Shown here: in pieces, positions 46,763 to 56,125 of the stretch
How the letters are laid out: each line of letters starts with the position of its first letter
Position numbering within the stretch: position 1 is the stretch's first letter
Origin: a virus
Taxonomy: Duplodnaviria; Heunggongvirae; Uroviricota; Caudoviricetes
Length of the DNA stretch: 64,000 nt
IMG/VR virus record: IMGVR_UViG_3300020156_000001
Coordinates: 42,321-106,320 of that record
Reading direction: 5' to 3' (one strand)
Notes under the pieces: model-generated
The model's input: only the letters and a program-made list of their open reading frames with translations
What the model was told of the DNA's origin: nothing
Database searches by the model: none
Translations under genes and position numbers: made by a program

Positions 46763-47034
46763 TGTGTCATCAACCTCAATCTCATCGCATCGGTGCGATT
46801 ACGGAACTGTACGGCCCACATCCGAGTATTCCCGAAATTGAGGATCCGGTACGCATCTTCACCAAAAGTTTCTTTTAGCTCTCTAACAATTCTATCCGTG
46901 AACCTCATAAAAGCGTGGGGCTCGGTTTCCATATGTTCTGGACTGTTATACCAATCCGGATCAATGCGAACATCATAACGAAACGAGTGTGGGACTTGGC
47001 CTTCGTCGTACTCAATAAACTCGAGAAACTTCAT
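46756..47034 (-). CDS. FKL-motif family protein
   Basis: FRNRTDAMRLRLM. Confidence 0.7.
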   Translation of the reverse strand: MKFLEFIEYDEGQVPHSFRYDVRIDPDWYNSPEHMETEPHAFMRFTDRIVRELKETFGEDAYRILNFGNTRMWAVQFRNRTDAMRLRLMTQC

Positions 47035-47288
47035 TCCAGCCTCAGTCGAAAAGCTATAGCATCGGATTGTTTTCTAAAATAGAAATATACGCTGGATGAG
47101 GAATGATCCCACCTACAAACGTTTTCATCAGTAAAAGTTGCCAATGCCCAAGATTCAAGTTCCTTAAAATATTGTGCAACCCTAACGATGTTTTCATCAG
47201 TGTACCAAAACGCTTCGTTCACATATAGTTTGACTATATGCGGGAAAAGAATCGCTGGGTTCATACTGTAAATGGCAATGCAATTCAT
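47031..47288 (-). CDS. FKL-motif family protein
   Basis: FPHIV...FRKQSDAIAFRLRL. Confidence 0.75.
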   Translation of the reverse strand: MNCIAIYSMNPAILFPHIVKLYVNEAFWYTDENIVRVAQYFKELESWALATFTDENVCRWDHSSSSVYFYFRKQSDAIAFRLRLE

Positions 47289-47554
47289 GACACAATCAAC
47301 TTGTACATCATGGCATCGGACTTGTTTGCAAACCGAACACAATTGCCGATAAAGCCGACTTGAGGATGAATATCCCAATCCCTACAACTGGAATCAAGCC
47401 ACTCTCTACCCCTCGCGACTCGCTCTCTTATTTGTGCAAATAAATCACCAAGCTCATCAAAACCGATAGAGTCTGTGTCAACCCCAACAGCAACAACATG
47501 AGGATAGCGGCCTAGCCAGGGGCGGGTAGAGCAAGTATATTTGATAGTGAGCAT
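47285..47554 (-). CDS. FKL-motif family protein
   Basis: YPHVV...FANKSDAMMYKLIV. Confidence 0.75.
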   Translation of the reverse strand: MLTIKYTCSTRPWLGRYPHVVAVGVDTDSIGFDELGDLFAQIRERVARGREWLDSSCRDWDIHPQVGFIGNCVRFANKSDAMMYKLIVS

Positions 47555-47603
47555 GGCTAACTTGGACCTGTTTAGCCAAATACTAACATAGGATCCAGCT
47601 GTG

Positions 47604-47894
47604 TCAACCAAACATCAGCTTCAAACGGAGCAGGTCGTACGAGTGACGGAGCTTGAACCCTTCGTAAAACAGATCATGCGAATCAAGCCTGATGAACCGA
47701 TAGTTGGATTTGCCAATATTACGGTCAACCCAATCATACATTTCATCAACTTTATGTCTAAACGTTCTGCGTTCATCAAGCCATTGCAAGACTTTTATAG
47801 GATCGTAATGGTGTTCAAGCCTAGAGGGATACCACTTGACGTAATGGGGAAGAGTTTTTTGTCCGGTCGCACCGATTTCCCAACGCACACTCAT
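47604..47894 (-). CDS. FKL-motif family protein
   Basis: WVDRNIG...DLLRLKLMFG. Confidence 0.7.
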   Translation of the reverse strand: MSVRWEIGATGQKTLPHYVKWYPSRLEHHYDPIKVLQWLDERRTFRHKVDEMYDWVDRNIGKSNYRFIRLDSHDLFYEGFKLRHSYDLLRLKLMFG

Positions 47895-48190
47895 TATGCC
47901 ATAGCCAGTTTAAACTGCATGGCATCAGCTTTTGTTTTGAAATAAAACATAAGTGACATCGCATTAAATGATCGTGTTATACTCCACCGAGCCCGTTGCG
48001 GTCCAAAATTCGCATAAAGCCAATCCGTTGCAATGTTTTCATGACGTTTCATCTCTTTGTTGGAATCTAACACGGCTTCACGTATTGCTTTGGGTGTTCT
48101 TTCAAGCCCACGAGTGTCCCAATGCGTGGTAACCATATATGGATAAGCTTTATTTGTGGGATGCTCTTCGTAAACAAAAACAATAGCCAT
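47894..48190 (-). CDS. FKL-motif family protein
   Basis: YPYMV..WLYANFG..FKTKADAMQFKLAM. Confidence 0.78.
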   Translation of the reverse strand: MAIVFVYEEHPTNKAYPYMVTTHWDTRGLERTPKAIREAVLDSNKEMKRHENIATDWLYANFGPQRARWSITRSFNAMSLMFYFKTKADAMQFKLAMA

Positions 48191-48241
48191 ACTTACACCT
48201 TATAAGAGCTCAATCCTACGAATGATATTTTAGGAAGTCAA

Positions 48242-48505
48242 TTAGCAAGCCAGCTTTGCCAACAGTCTTGTGTTGGAATCTACAAACCAAAAGTCATACA
48301 CATACATCTGATCACGATCGGTCATGAACACATAGAAATCATCCTCGGTGAGATTGGCTTGGCAATAGTTTCGCATCTTTAACACGCGCTGAAGATAAGC
48401 GTTGTCTTCACTTCTCTGCCAAGGTCCATCAAACACCATATAAGGAACAAATAAACGAAGCCCATACATTCCGTTTTCTTCGTTTTCGAGAAACTCGTTT
48501 TCCAT
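48242..48505 (-). CDS. FKL-motif family protein
   Basis: FVDSNTRLLAKLAC. Confidence 0.55.
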   Translation of the reverse strand: MENEFLENEENGMYGLRLFVPYMVFDGPWQRSEDNAYLQRVLKMRNYCQANLTEDDFYVFMTDRDQMYVYDFWFVDSNTRLLAKLAC

Positions 48506-48554
48506 TTCAAACCTTTTTGGATATGGAAAAGCCGGCCCAAAAGCCGGCTTTTGT

Positions 48555-48631
<77 letters not shown>

Positions 48632-48698
48632 AACAAACGGAATTTGTTGTTCCGTTATGTTCTTATTTATAGCAGCGTATAATCGCTACCGCAATATT

Positions 48699-49082
48699 TT
48701 AATTCAACAAGGCGTCGATTTTGTGAGCAATTTCGCCGCCGCTGGCAAGATCTTCTGCGTAAGACTTTGGATCATTAAAGATCGCCATACGACCAAAGTC
48801 GATAGCACCGTTACCAAATCCATCAACATCGCAAACATCAACGTTGGTGTTTGGCTTGCCTGCGCTTTGGTCAAAGCCCCAAGTTTGGTTCAGTTGGATT
48901 AGAAACGTGTCTGTACCGCTCACACACTTGTAAGTGGTCTTGCGAAACTTGCTGGAGCTTCTGCCCGTACCCGTTTCAATACCCTGGAGAGAGATATCGA
49001 TGCCAAGGATTTCAGCAAGCGTGGCGCCAACGCCAGCGTAAAAATCTTGCTCACCATGGGACTCAATTTCATCAATACGCAT
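48699..49082 (-). CDS. Hypothetical protein (late-type, MRIDEI N-terminus)
   Basis: AGGAG RBS, TAAATA upstream. Confidence 0.7.
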   Translation of the reverse strand: MRIDEIESHGEQDFYAGVGATLAEILGIDISLQGIETGTGRSSSKFRKTTYKCVSGTDTFLIQLNQTWGFDQSAGKPNTNVDVCDVDGFGNGAIDFGRMAIFNDPKSYAEDLASGGEIAHKIDALLN

Positions 49083-49108
49083 TAGCTTTGTCTCCTGTTT
49101 CTTCCTAT

Positions 49109-49471
49109 TTACTTCCTAAGTTTAGCAAGGACAAGAAGCCTCCGGATTAAATCATCAATTCTTTGAAAATCCTCCTCAGTTTGTAGACTAAAGCAGGTAA
49201 CTATCATATACGTGTCATTATGCGTGGCATAGCTAAATTCATCAGCAAGCGCCTTGCACACGGCTGAGTAGACAATGTACTCGTCGTTTGTGACTTGGCG
49301 GTTGAACGATTGAGAGAATCCAACCTTCTCACGAATGATTCCAAATGCAACTGTACGAGCAATCACTTGCTTGCCGAGAAAGCTTTTGGTCTTTCGGAGA
49401 AAATAACCTGAATATTCCGGTCCAACATCAAATTCCACATCCGGATAAATCTTGTTGAAAATCTCAGCCAT
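49109..49471 (-). CDS. Hypothetical protein (weak FKL-family similarity)
   Basis: Coupled ORF ending LVLAKLRK. Confidence 0.55.
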   Translation of the reverse strand: MAEIFNKIYPDVEFDVGPEYSGYFLRKTKSFLGKQVIARTVAFGIIREKVGFSQSFNRQVTNDEYIVYSAVCKALADEFSYATHNDTYMIVTCFSLQTEEDFQRIDDLIRRLLVLAKLRK

Positions 49472-49754
49472 TCTCGGTTCCGTCGTAAACGCTTAGGATG
49501 TGATCAGCATACCTAAGCTTGAACGCAATAAACGTGGTATAGTTGTCAAAGCCAAAGAGGCTTGTGGTCTTAAAGTCGTGGACTGGAAGGAACCATGTGT
49601 TCCACACCGGCCGGTCTTCCATGCGGATCTTATTGCTGTAGTGGAAACGATGCGGGATCATCCAGTCGAAGAATTCCTTTATCTCCGCAAGGGTTTTAAA
49701 CCTACGAATGCAAACGACTATTTTAACGTCTTTAAGCGGCAGAAGGCCCGACAT
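49464..49754 (-). CDS. FKL-motif family protein
   Basis: FDNYTTFIAFKLRY. Confidence 0.7.
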   Translation of the reverse strand: MSGLLPLKDVKIVVCIRRFKTLAEIKEFFDWMIPHRFHYSNKIRMEDRPVWNTWFLPVHDFKTTSLFGFDNYTTFIAFKLRYADHILSVYDGTENG

Positions 49755-50022
49755 AGAAATGGTACTCCACAATCATCTCCGAAAAGCGTAACTTGAACAT
49801 TACGGCTTCATCGTTGGTGCGGAAACCAATAACAGCTTGTGAATACTTTTTCAACACAGGCGAATCAGAAAACATGGACCAGTAGGCAAAGTCACGATTG
49901 TCAACTACCCATTCGTGAAATGGTTTGTACCATTCCGCCGGCATGGCAAATGCATCAATCACAAACAGATGCCTATATATTTGGGGGTCTTGATACTGAT
50001 TCGTCATCATATAGGGAACCAA
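49732..50022 (-). CDS. FKL-motif family protein
   Basis: FRTNDEAVMFKLRF. Confidence 0.72.
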   Translation of the reverse strand: MVPYMMTNQYQDPQIYRHLFVIDAFAMPAEWYKPFHEWVVDNRDFAYWSMFSDSPVLKKYSQAVIGFRTNDEAVMFKLRFSEMIVEYHFYVGPSAA

Positions 50023-50027
50023 GTGTT

Positions 50028-50104
50028 TGGTGCGCCTTCCTGGACTTGAACCAGGGACCTTTCGCTTATCAAGCGAATGCTCTAACCAACTGAGCTAAAA
50101 GCGC
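50028..50104 (-). tRNA. tRNA-Ile(GAT)
   Basis: TAGCTCAGTTGGTTAGAGC, loop TTGATAA, GTTCAAGTC, CCA. Confidence 0.93.
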
Positions 50105-50138
50105 ATTAACCCTATACTAGCTGGGTTGTTCCTATAGT

Positions 50139-50492
50139 TCAACCTATTTTTAGAATATAAAGGCTTGTTGGAGCCGTTGTAAATCCACCGTACCGCAGCT
50201 TATGAGCGATTGCATCATTGCGATCGATAAACAGGATACGCGTCACAGATAGGAGATTACCTAGATGATGCGAGGATTCCCCCAAGTACCATTGGATCAA
50301 ATCCTTATGCACGAGAACAACTGAGTCGAGTTGGTCAATGGCTTCTAGTTGATCCCTAATGTAGGTTTCATCCACAAATCCTGCTGCATCCTGTTCGGAG
50401 AAGGCAAAGTCCAAAAAGACCACATCGTAGGGAAGACCATACTGGCTCTTTGGCTCCAAATGAAAACTAAAGTCCTGATACGACTTGATCAT
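50139..50492 (-). CDS. FKL-motif family protein
   Basis: FIDRNDAIAHKLRYG. Confidence 0.7.
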   Translation of the reverse strand: MIKSYQDFSFHLEPKSQYGLPYDVVFLDFAFSEQDAAGFVDETYIRDQLEAIDQLDSVVLVHKDLIQWYLGESSHHLGNLLSVTRILFIDRNDAIAHKLRYGGFTTAPTSLYILKIG

Positions 50493-50683
50493 TGCAGCCC
50501 CAGGATATCTTCTTCAACCGCATCGGGATGATTGTCTCGGAACAAGCCGGTCAAACAGTATGCGGAAACCAACTGATCGTCGGAGAACTTACGATAGTCC
50601 TCACGTATGTCATCACCAAAAAACTCAGCATCCGCTTGCAACTCAAATAGCTGCTGGATTACCACATACCGACTCAAAAACAC
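50489..50683 (-). CDS. Hypothetical protein
   Basis: Coupled ORF. Confidence 0.45.
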   Translation of the reverse strand: MFLSRYVVIQQLFELQADAEFFGDDIREDYRKFSDDQLVSAYCLTGLFRDNHPDAVEEDILGLQ

Positions 50684-50907
50684 TAGTCACGCTCCACATA
50701 TTGACGCCGAGCAATAATTGTGTCCTCGGGCCTCGCAGACAAGCCTAAGCTGGTTGATTTGCCAAAGCAAGACCAAGTATCCGTATAAATGAAGCCAGCG
50801 GAGATAATTTTGAACTGGTGACCAAAATCTGCATGTGTGATCGTTTCGGGAAAGATGATAATGCTATCGCAAAGTCCCGTATCCACGCAGATGTATTTCT
50901 GTTTCAT
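50683..50907 (-). CDS. Conserved small phage protein
   Basis: IIFP..ITH...ISAGF...CFGKSTSLGL..RPED. Confidence 0.7.
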   Translation of the reverse strand: MKQKYICVDTGLCDSIIIFPETITHADFGHQFKIISAGFIYTDTWSCFGKSTSLGLSARPEDTIIARRQYVERD

Positions 50908-51200
50908 TTTGTTCCCAACACCTTATATCGTTCTACAAAGAACTCGGTAATGCGCTTGCCCGATCGAGGAAAGCTCCAACCCGTACGCGGAGATTCATTC
51001 CATCCTACCGAAGTTCCATCTTCGAGCAGCACCCAGTTGTAAACGTTGCGATACTTGAATGTCTGTTGTGGGAACGGCTTTGCAAGATCGCTAATCTCTA
51101 GCACGATCTTCTTGTCCGCGTAAGTATGAATTTGATTTTCAAATTCAACGATACCGTTGGAGCAGTGGGACTCAATCCATTCACGTACCGTTTTACTCAT
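50904..51200 (-). CDS. Hypothetical protein
   Basis: AGGAGATCG RBS, promoter upstream. Confidence 0.7.
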   Translation of the reverse strand: MSKTVREWIESHCSNGIVEFENQIHTYADKKIVLEISDLAKPFPQQTFKYRNVYNWVLLEDGTSVGWNESPRTGWSFPRSGKRITEFFVERYKVLGTK

Positions 51201-51267
51201 CTTCGATCTCCTGTTTATAGCTCAATTTAGCATGGAACCCATGGCTGTCAACCACAGGTTCCTATGT

Positions 51268-51537
51268 TTAGAAACGCAGCTTTAACAGGAGCAAATCATT
51301 CCTATCAGCTAAATGGATGGCAATAGCTGGTTGCTTTACATAAACGTCAACCCGCGCATCACCTTTGAGATCCTCTTTAAGCTCATTAGCAAAACTTTTT
51401 ATGTCTTCAATTTCTTGAGCTTCAAGAAAATACTTGTAGCGCCATTCGATCTTCCACAAGTATGGGTACTTGTCCAAATGGGGTTGCGTATACGTGTAGG
51501 TGTAGGTGCGCCAATCCGTGTTGAGATTAATCATCAT
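51268..51537 (-). CDS. FKL-motif family protein
   Basis: YPYLW...LADRNDLLLLKLRF. Confidence 0.72.
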   Translation of the reverse strand: MMINLNTDWRTYTYTYTQPHLDKYPYLWKIEWRYKYFLEAQEIEDIKSFANELKEDLKGDARVDVYVKQPAIAIHLADRNDLLLLKLRF

Positions 51538-52123
51538 CACCCCAACGATCTTCGCGAGGGCCGCCATCATACCAGTGGTGCGCCGCCATGTACTTGAGCA
51601 TTTCAACTGTGTCGGTAAAACGCGCCTCATACTGTGTGGGCTTTACGTACTTAAAGGTGTATGAGCGACTGTCGTAGACAACCCATTCATCACCAATACG
51701 TTCGACCAGCCAGTGACCTCGTTCCGAGAGATCGTGGCGGAAAACTTCAATCACCTTGTACTTGGCGTGTTGAAGCCACTTGTCGATAAAGTCGATGAGA
51801 TCCTGCTGAGGTTCAGCCTTGTAACGGAGCATTAGCTTCCAAGCTTGCTCGTTTGTTTTACGCCAATAGCCGCCAGCGTAACCCTGCTTGGGCATCATTG
51901 CTTGCCATTGATTATATGCAGAAGTGTTTGCGAGAACGTAAGCGAAATCGTCCTTCTTGAGAACCGCAAGTGCATCCTGCAGTTTTTCGTGACGTTCGCC
52001 TTGACGCTGTAGCTTATCTTGAAGAGGCTTCAAAGCTTTGCGTGTGGCTTCCATTGCGGACTCGACCTTGTCGAGTTCGGCACGCAATTCAGCTTCGGTA
52101 AGTGCAGCTATAGCTTTGGGCAT
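51527..52123 (-). CDS. Hypothetical protein with N-terminal coiled coil
   Basis: Consensus RBS and promoter. Confidence 0.75.
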   Translation of the reverse strand: MPKAIAALTEAELRAELDKVESAMEATRKALKPLQDKLQRQGERHEKLQDALAVLKKDDFAYVLANTSAYNQWQAMMPKQGYAGGYWRKTNEQAWKLMLRYKAEPQQDLIDFIDKWLQHAKYKVIEVFRHDLSERGHWLVERIGDEWVVYDSRSYTFKYVKPTQYEARFTDTVEMLKYMAAHHWYDGGPREDRWGDDD

Positions 52124-52180
52124 CTTCGATCTCCTGTTTATGCTTGTTTCTAACATATTCAGGAAGTCTGTCAACCTGTT

Positions 52181-52471
52181 TTACCAACCCGGAGGACCCA
52201 CTGGGGTCCATTCAATTGGTTTCCACATCAATTTGATCCGCATGGCATCGGCCTTTTTACGGAAGCCAATGTAACGGGCTCGGTCATCGACTAGATAATC
52301 TCCCGACATGGCTTGATCTTTTACCAACTGCACAAGCGCGCGGAACTCAGTGGGAACCATAGCCAGCTCATTAACATGCTCGGCATCAACTTCCAGCACA
52401 TAAGGATAAGAGGCTTCGGGAAACCGAACGCTAAGATCCATGTAAAGAAGAACCATGCTTAGCTGGGACAT
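52181..52471 (-). CDS. FKL-motif family protein
   Basis: YPYVL...FRKKADAMRIKLMW. Confidence 0.72.
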   Translation of the reverse strand: MSQLSMVLLYMDLSVRFPEASYPYVLEVDAEHVNELAMVPTEFRALVQLVKDQAMSGDYLVDDRARYIGFRKKADAMRIKLMWKPIEWTPVGPPGW

Positions 52472-52502
52472 AGTGGGTGCCGCGATTCGGGATAGGGAGG
52501 TT

Positions 52503-52592
52503 TGGAGGAAAGCTAGGTAGTCGAAACCTATCCCCTTACGAGGACCAACACCTTTCCAGGGTGTGTCTGCAACCCGTGCAGATTAACTTTCC
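52503..52592 (-). tRNA. tRNA-Ser(GGA) with atypical D arm
   Basis: Loop CTGGAAA, long variable arm, TTCGACT T loop, TCCA end; 6-bp D stem TCTGCA/TGCAGA. Confidence 0.8.
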
Positions 52593-52609
52593 ATAACGTG
52601 CGTACTTAT

Positions 52610-52846
52610 TTATACTTTGGTATCGTCGTTGTCAATTTGTTTTTGTTTGAAGCGGTGCATCCAATAGGAATGCCAAAGCGCATCGACAACCAACCAAAGG
52701 CCAAACGGCAACCACCAAATGGTGAGAGCCAGCATCTTACGGAACTTCCACCATTCGAAAGTTCCACGAAACCGCACCATACCTTGTGCCAGATAAACGG
52801 CCATACCCACATAGGCAACCGCTATCAGCGTTAATAGGAGAATCAT
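52610..52846 (-). CDS. Small membrane protein
   Basis: Two hydrophobic segments; coupled ORF. Confidence 0.55.
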   Translation of the reverse strand: MILLLTLIAVAYVGMAVYLAQGMVRFRGTFEWWKFRKMLALTIWWLPFGLWLVVDALWHSYWMHRFKQKQIDNDDTKV

Positions 52847-53214
52847 TCGGCTTCCTTGTTAAGTCCGCGACGAACGCCGTCAATCCAGCCCTTAGAGACT
52901 TCAGGAACAGCGTCCTTAAGCTCTTTAATGTTGCGTTGCACGGATCCATCAACGCGCTCTATGAGCTTCTCTACGCGATCCGCGGCCGCCGGGAGTTGCT
53001 CCATAACGGCGTTGCTACGTTCTAGCAAAGCTGTTGCTTTGTCCAGCTTGATTGACACAACCGCAGCCACTGCGCCCATTGTAATGGAAAACGCGATAAG
53101 GCCGACCGCCAGCATTGCTTGTACGAACTGGCCTGGCGTTAGCGAAGTGCTTTGGGGCGTACGATGCTTTTCCTGCCCACGGCGAATAAGTTCTTCAAGA
53201 TCCGGAGGATTCAT
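52843..53214 (-). CDS. Membrane-anchored coiled-coil protein
   Basis: One TM then heptad pattern. Confidence 0.65.
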   Translation of the reverse strand: MNPPDLEELIRRGQEKHRTPQSTSLTPGQFVQAMLAVGLIAFSITMGAVAAVVSIKLDKATALLERSNAVMEQLPAAADRVEKLIERVDGSVQRNIKELKDAVPEVSKGWIDGVRRGLNKEAE

Positions 53215-53501
53215 TAGTGGAGAGCCTTGCTTGTTTGCGGTCCAAACACGTTGGCCGCATTGGTCGCATATGTGGTAACTTCATCATCGCCAACAATGTC
53301 CGAAAGCTGGTCGAGAAGATCTTCGGCTGTCATTTGGCTGCCGTCGAACATAACCACAAACTGGTCAGGACCCAACTGCTTCATAGCAAGATCCTTGGCC
53401 GAACCGCCCATCAGCGCGTTGATCGCATCAGTAACAGCGCGGAGTTCCGCTGGCATGTCATCTTCATCGTCACAGAGAATTTCGGTGTTGGAAATGTTCA
53501 T
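53214..53501 (-). CDS. Hypothetical acidic protein
   Basis: Coupled ORF with GAGG RBS. Confidence 0.6.
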   Translation of the reverse strand: MNISNTEILCDDEDDMPAELRAVTDAINALMGGSAKDLAMKQLGPDQFVVMFDGSQMTAEDLLDQLSDIVGDDEVTTYATNAANVFGPQTSKALH

Positions 53502-53869
53502 GCTACCTCGCTTTGGAATTCAATGCTGTTGAACTCATAATCCAAGAGATCATAGAGTTCCATCGGAAAGTCAACAGTGGTCAATTTGGTGCTGCGCTCA
53601 AAATAGTTGATCACAAGCGTTGCACACTTTTCAGCCTGCTGAAAATGCTTGATCACATCCTTGTGAGCTTTGGCGGCTTCATAATTCTTTTCGGCCGCAC
53701 ATTCTTTTTGCTGACGATTGAGAACCTCAATCTGCCCCGCATAAAACCGACGATGCGACTTGACGATTTCCAGCTGCTCTTGGGTTACTTCGGTTACCCG
53801 AATAACTGCGGGGACCACATAGCGGTCCACAAGCTCGCCTTCATCATTGATTCGCTTTTCGATCGGCAT
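53498..53869 (-). CDS. Hypothetical protein
   Basis: GGAG RBS, promoter upstream. Confidence 0.65.
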   Translation of the reverse strand: MPIEKRINDEGELVDRYVVPAVIRVTEVTQEQLEIVKSHRRFYAGQIEVLNRQQKECAAEKNYEAAKAHKDVIKHFQQAEKCATLVINYFERSTKLTTVDFPMELYDLLDYEFNSIEFQSEVA

Positions 53870-53934
53870 ATCTATTCTCCATTTGTTTTATTCCTAACAT
53901 AGGACGCCAGCTTATGCAACCGCTTAAATAGAAT

Positions 53935-54387
53935 ATGAAGCCAAAGAAAGAATCACATCGCAAGCCACCCAAGCCCGCATCATGGAACTGCAAGCGTGGA
54001 ACCTGTAGGTTTTGCGGTGAGGACATTATTGAGGATGGGCTAAAGAACACCCGCAAGCATTGGCATCAAGCCTGTGCAAATGTTTGGAAAGTGATGAATG
54101 ATCCAAAGCGGGCGCGTCAAGTTGTAAGCCGCCGTGACAAATACACGTGTCAAAGTTGCGGCCATCACGACCGCAACGGCAACTTTGATGTGGATCATAT
54201 CAAGCCACTGTTTGAAGCCAATGGCGATCCCACATATTGGCAAGCATCCAACTTGAGACTCCTATGCAAGCCTTGCCACAAAGACAAGACTCGCGAGGAC
54301 ATGACTCGTTATCACGCGGCCAAAGCAGCTGAAAAGTTAGAAGGTCAACCGCTTGAGCATGAGAGTGGTAAGGATAGTCTTATCTAG
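53935..54387 (+). CDS. HNH endonuclease
   Basis: CRFCG, RDKYTCQSCG, DVDHIKP, NLRLLCKPCHKDKT. Confidence 0.9.
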   Translation: MKPKKESHRKPPKPASWNCKRGTCRFCGEDIIEDGLKNTRKHWHQACANVWKVMNDPKRARQVVSRRDKYTCQSCGHHDRNGNFDVDHIKPLFEANGDPTYWQASNLRLLCKPCHKDKTREDMTRYHAAKAAEKLEGQPLEHESGKDSLI

Positions 54388-55032
54388 CTTGGTTACACGA
54401 TCGGGCGTTGTGATACGATGTTCAAGAACCTTGTCATCCTCACTTAGCTTGATATTTTTGGCAAAGATCGTACCACCGTTTGTGGTCTTATCAATGAAGC
54501 CAAAGAACAAATCGCCCATACCCGTGGTATACTTTTCACGGCCCACATAAGCGATAAAGTCGCCCTGCTTTAGCTCATTGCCCAAGCGATCTACGATTGT
54601 CTTTGGAGCCGGAGGAGTTTTCTTGGTCCACTCCCAAACTACACCACCGGTGTAACCCTTCATCCAATAGAATGTGGTATAAGAGGGGTAAACTGAGTTG
54701 ACCTTGCGCTTCTTGTCAAACACAATGGAAAACTCACGCAGGCCATAATAGTAAGGACTGTAGGAGCGATAGTAATAATAGCTCTTAGAGAGAGTTGCAA
54801 AATCCGGTAGAGCTGGCCAATTGTCGCGATCAAAATGATCATAGCCATGTGGTACTGCAATGCCAACGGATCCAAAGCGCGTACTGTTGGAGTCTCCCCA
54901 GCCCACGTAAACGGTTTGCTTGGGGTCATACATGGCAAGGACAAAGTCCATTACTTCATCACTTGCACCTTTACCACCATGGTTCAGCTTGTGTAGGGCC
55001 GGATAACCAATAAAACGATTTGCGAGACTCAT
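54337..55032 (-). CDS. Hypothetical protein
   Basis: GGAG RBS; DRLGNELKQGD beta-barrel-type motif. Confidence 0.7.
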   Translation of the reverse strand: MSLANRFIGYPALHKLNHGGKGASDEVMDFVLAMYDPKQTVYVGWGDSNSTRFGSVGIAVPHGYDHFDRDNWPALPDFATLSKSYYYYRSYSPYYYGLREFSIVFDKKRKVNSVYPSYTTFYWMKGYTGGVVWEWTKKTPPAPKTIVDRLGNELKQGDFIAYVGREKYTTGMGDLFFGFIDKTTNGGTIFAKNIKLSEDDKVLEHRITTPDRVTKLDKTILTTLMLKRLTF

Positions 55033-55087
55033 ATCAACTCCATAAAATTTAACCTATTTTATGGAGACCAGAGCTGCTAAGTCAATA

Positions 55088-55327
55088 TTAATTCAAGCGC
55101 ATTACACCAAAGCCCAGCTTGAGCAAGTAGATAGCGCATTCAATTATAAACAATCCACCCGCAAATGTGAACATGGAGATTGCCGCGATTAGTGCCGGTG
55201 GAAGCCACGCGCGGTTGATAGTAAGAAAGTCGAGGACGACATGGAACATTTGATACGCGCCACTAGCACCGCCCAATGCTATTGCCCAAAGCGTAAGACC
55301 CACTACAACATACGCAAGCTTTTTCAT
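55088..55327 (-). CDS. Small membrane protein
   Basis: Two TMs. Confidence 0.6.
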   Translation of the reverse strand: MKKLAYVVVGLTLWAIALGGASGAYQMFHVVLDFLTINRAWLPPALIAAISMFTFAGGLFIIECAIYLLKLGFGVMRLN

Positions 55328-55330
55328 AGA

Positions 55331-55561
55331 CTATGCACCAAACCATCGCTTTTGTCCGGCACGACCAAAACTGATGATCATGTGGATCATTGCAATTGCT
55401 GAAATCAATACAAGTACCAGTATCGAGCATGAAACCAGCAGAGGCAACGTGTTGATGTTGTCCGCCACAAACAACATGGCCACCAAGCAAACGTAGGCCC
55501 ACGACAGCACCCACGCCGTCATGCTGACCATGCTTGCTATCATAGCTATGATTCTTACCAT
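55331..55561 (-). CDS. Small membrane protein
   Basis: Two TMs, AAGGAG RBS. Confidence 0.55.
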   Translation of the reverse strand: MVRIIAMIASMVSMTAWVLSWAYVCLVAMLFVADNINTLPLLVSCSILVLVLISAIAMIHMIISFGRAGQKRWFGA

Positions 55562-55836
55562 GCGTGCCACTCCTTGCCCGTATCCAAGTCTCTGCGACGA
55601 CCACTCTTGGGGTGACGATGCCAACCCTCTGGGTCACCCGTACCATCCCAGTTGTCAAAGGCTGCGTCTACTAGAGCTTTGGTAGCAAAGCAATAGCGGT
55701 CTTCATAGCCGCAGTAGTTGAGATCAACATGTAGGGTCCAGTGCATGAGGAGACGATGAGTACCAATCCACCTACCATCGGGCAGTTGGCGAATCCTGTC
55801 GTAGGCTTCTCTGTACTCGTCGTCTAAGAATTCCAT
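55555..55836 (-). CDS. Conserved phage hypothetical protein
   Basis: GYEDRYCF..WDGTGDP.GWHRH..SGRRR motif. Confidence 0.7.
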   Translation of the reverse strand: MEFLDDEYREAYDRIRQLPDGRWIGTHRLLMHWTLHVDLNYCGYEDRYCFATKALVDAAFDNWDGTGDPEGWHRHPKSGRRRDLDTGKEWHAW

Positions 55837-55837
55837 A

Positions 55838-56041
55838 TCACCAGTTTCCAGGTTCCGAATAAAAGTAGGGATCAACCCAGCGACCATATGTGGCACGGAT
55901 TGAACCATTGGGCAGGCTTACAATGCCAATGAGTTCCCAGCCATCTTTGGCTTGTGCGTTATGGTACTCATCGTATTTGGTTGTGCTTTGCAGTGGATTC
56001 ATATCCACGCTTTTATAGTTGCGTACTTCTTTTGCCATCAT
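55838..56041 (-). CDS. Small hypothetical protein
   Basis: AAGGAG RBS; DGWELIG motif. Confidence 0.6.
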   Translation of the reverse strand: MMAKEVRNYKSVDMNPLQSTTKYDEYHNAQAKDGWELIGIVSLPNGSIRATYGRWVDPYFYSEPGNW

Positions 56042-56125
56042 TAGCTCCTTGGTCTCCTACTATAGCAGGGACCAGTTGGAAGTCAAAGGTAGATAAGGGC
56101 GACCCGAAGATCGCCCCTATAAGGG

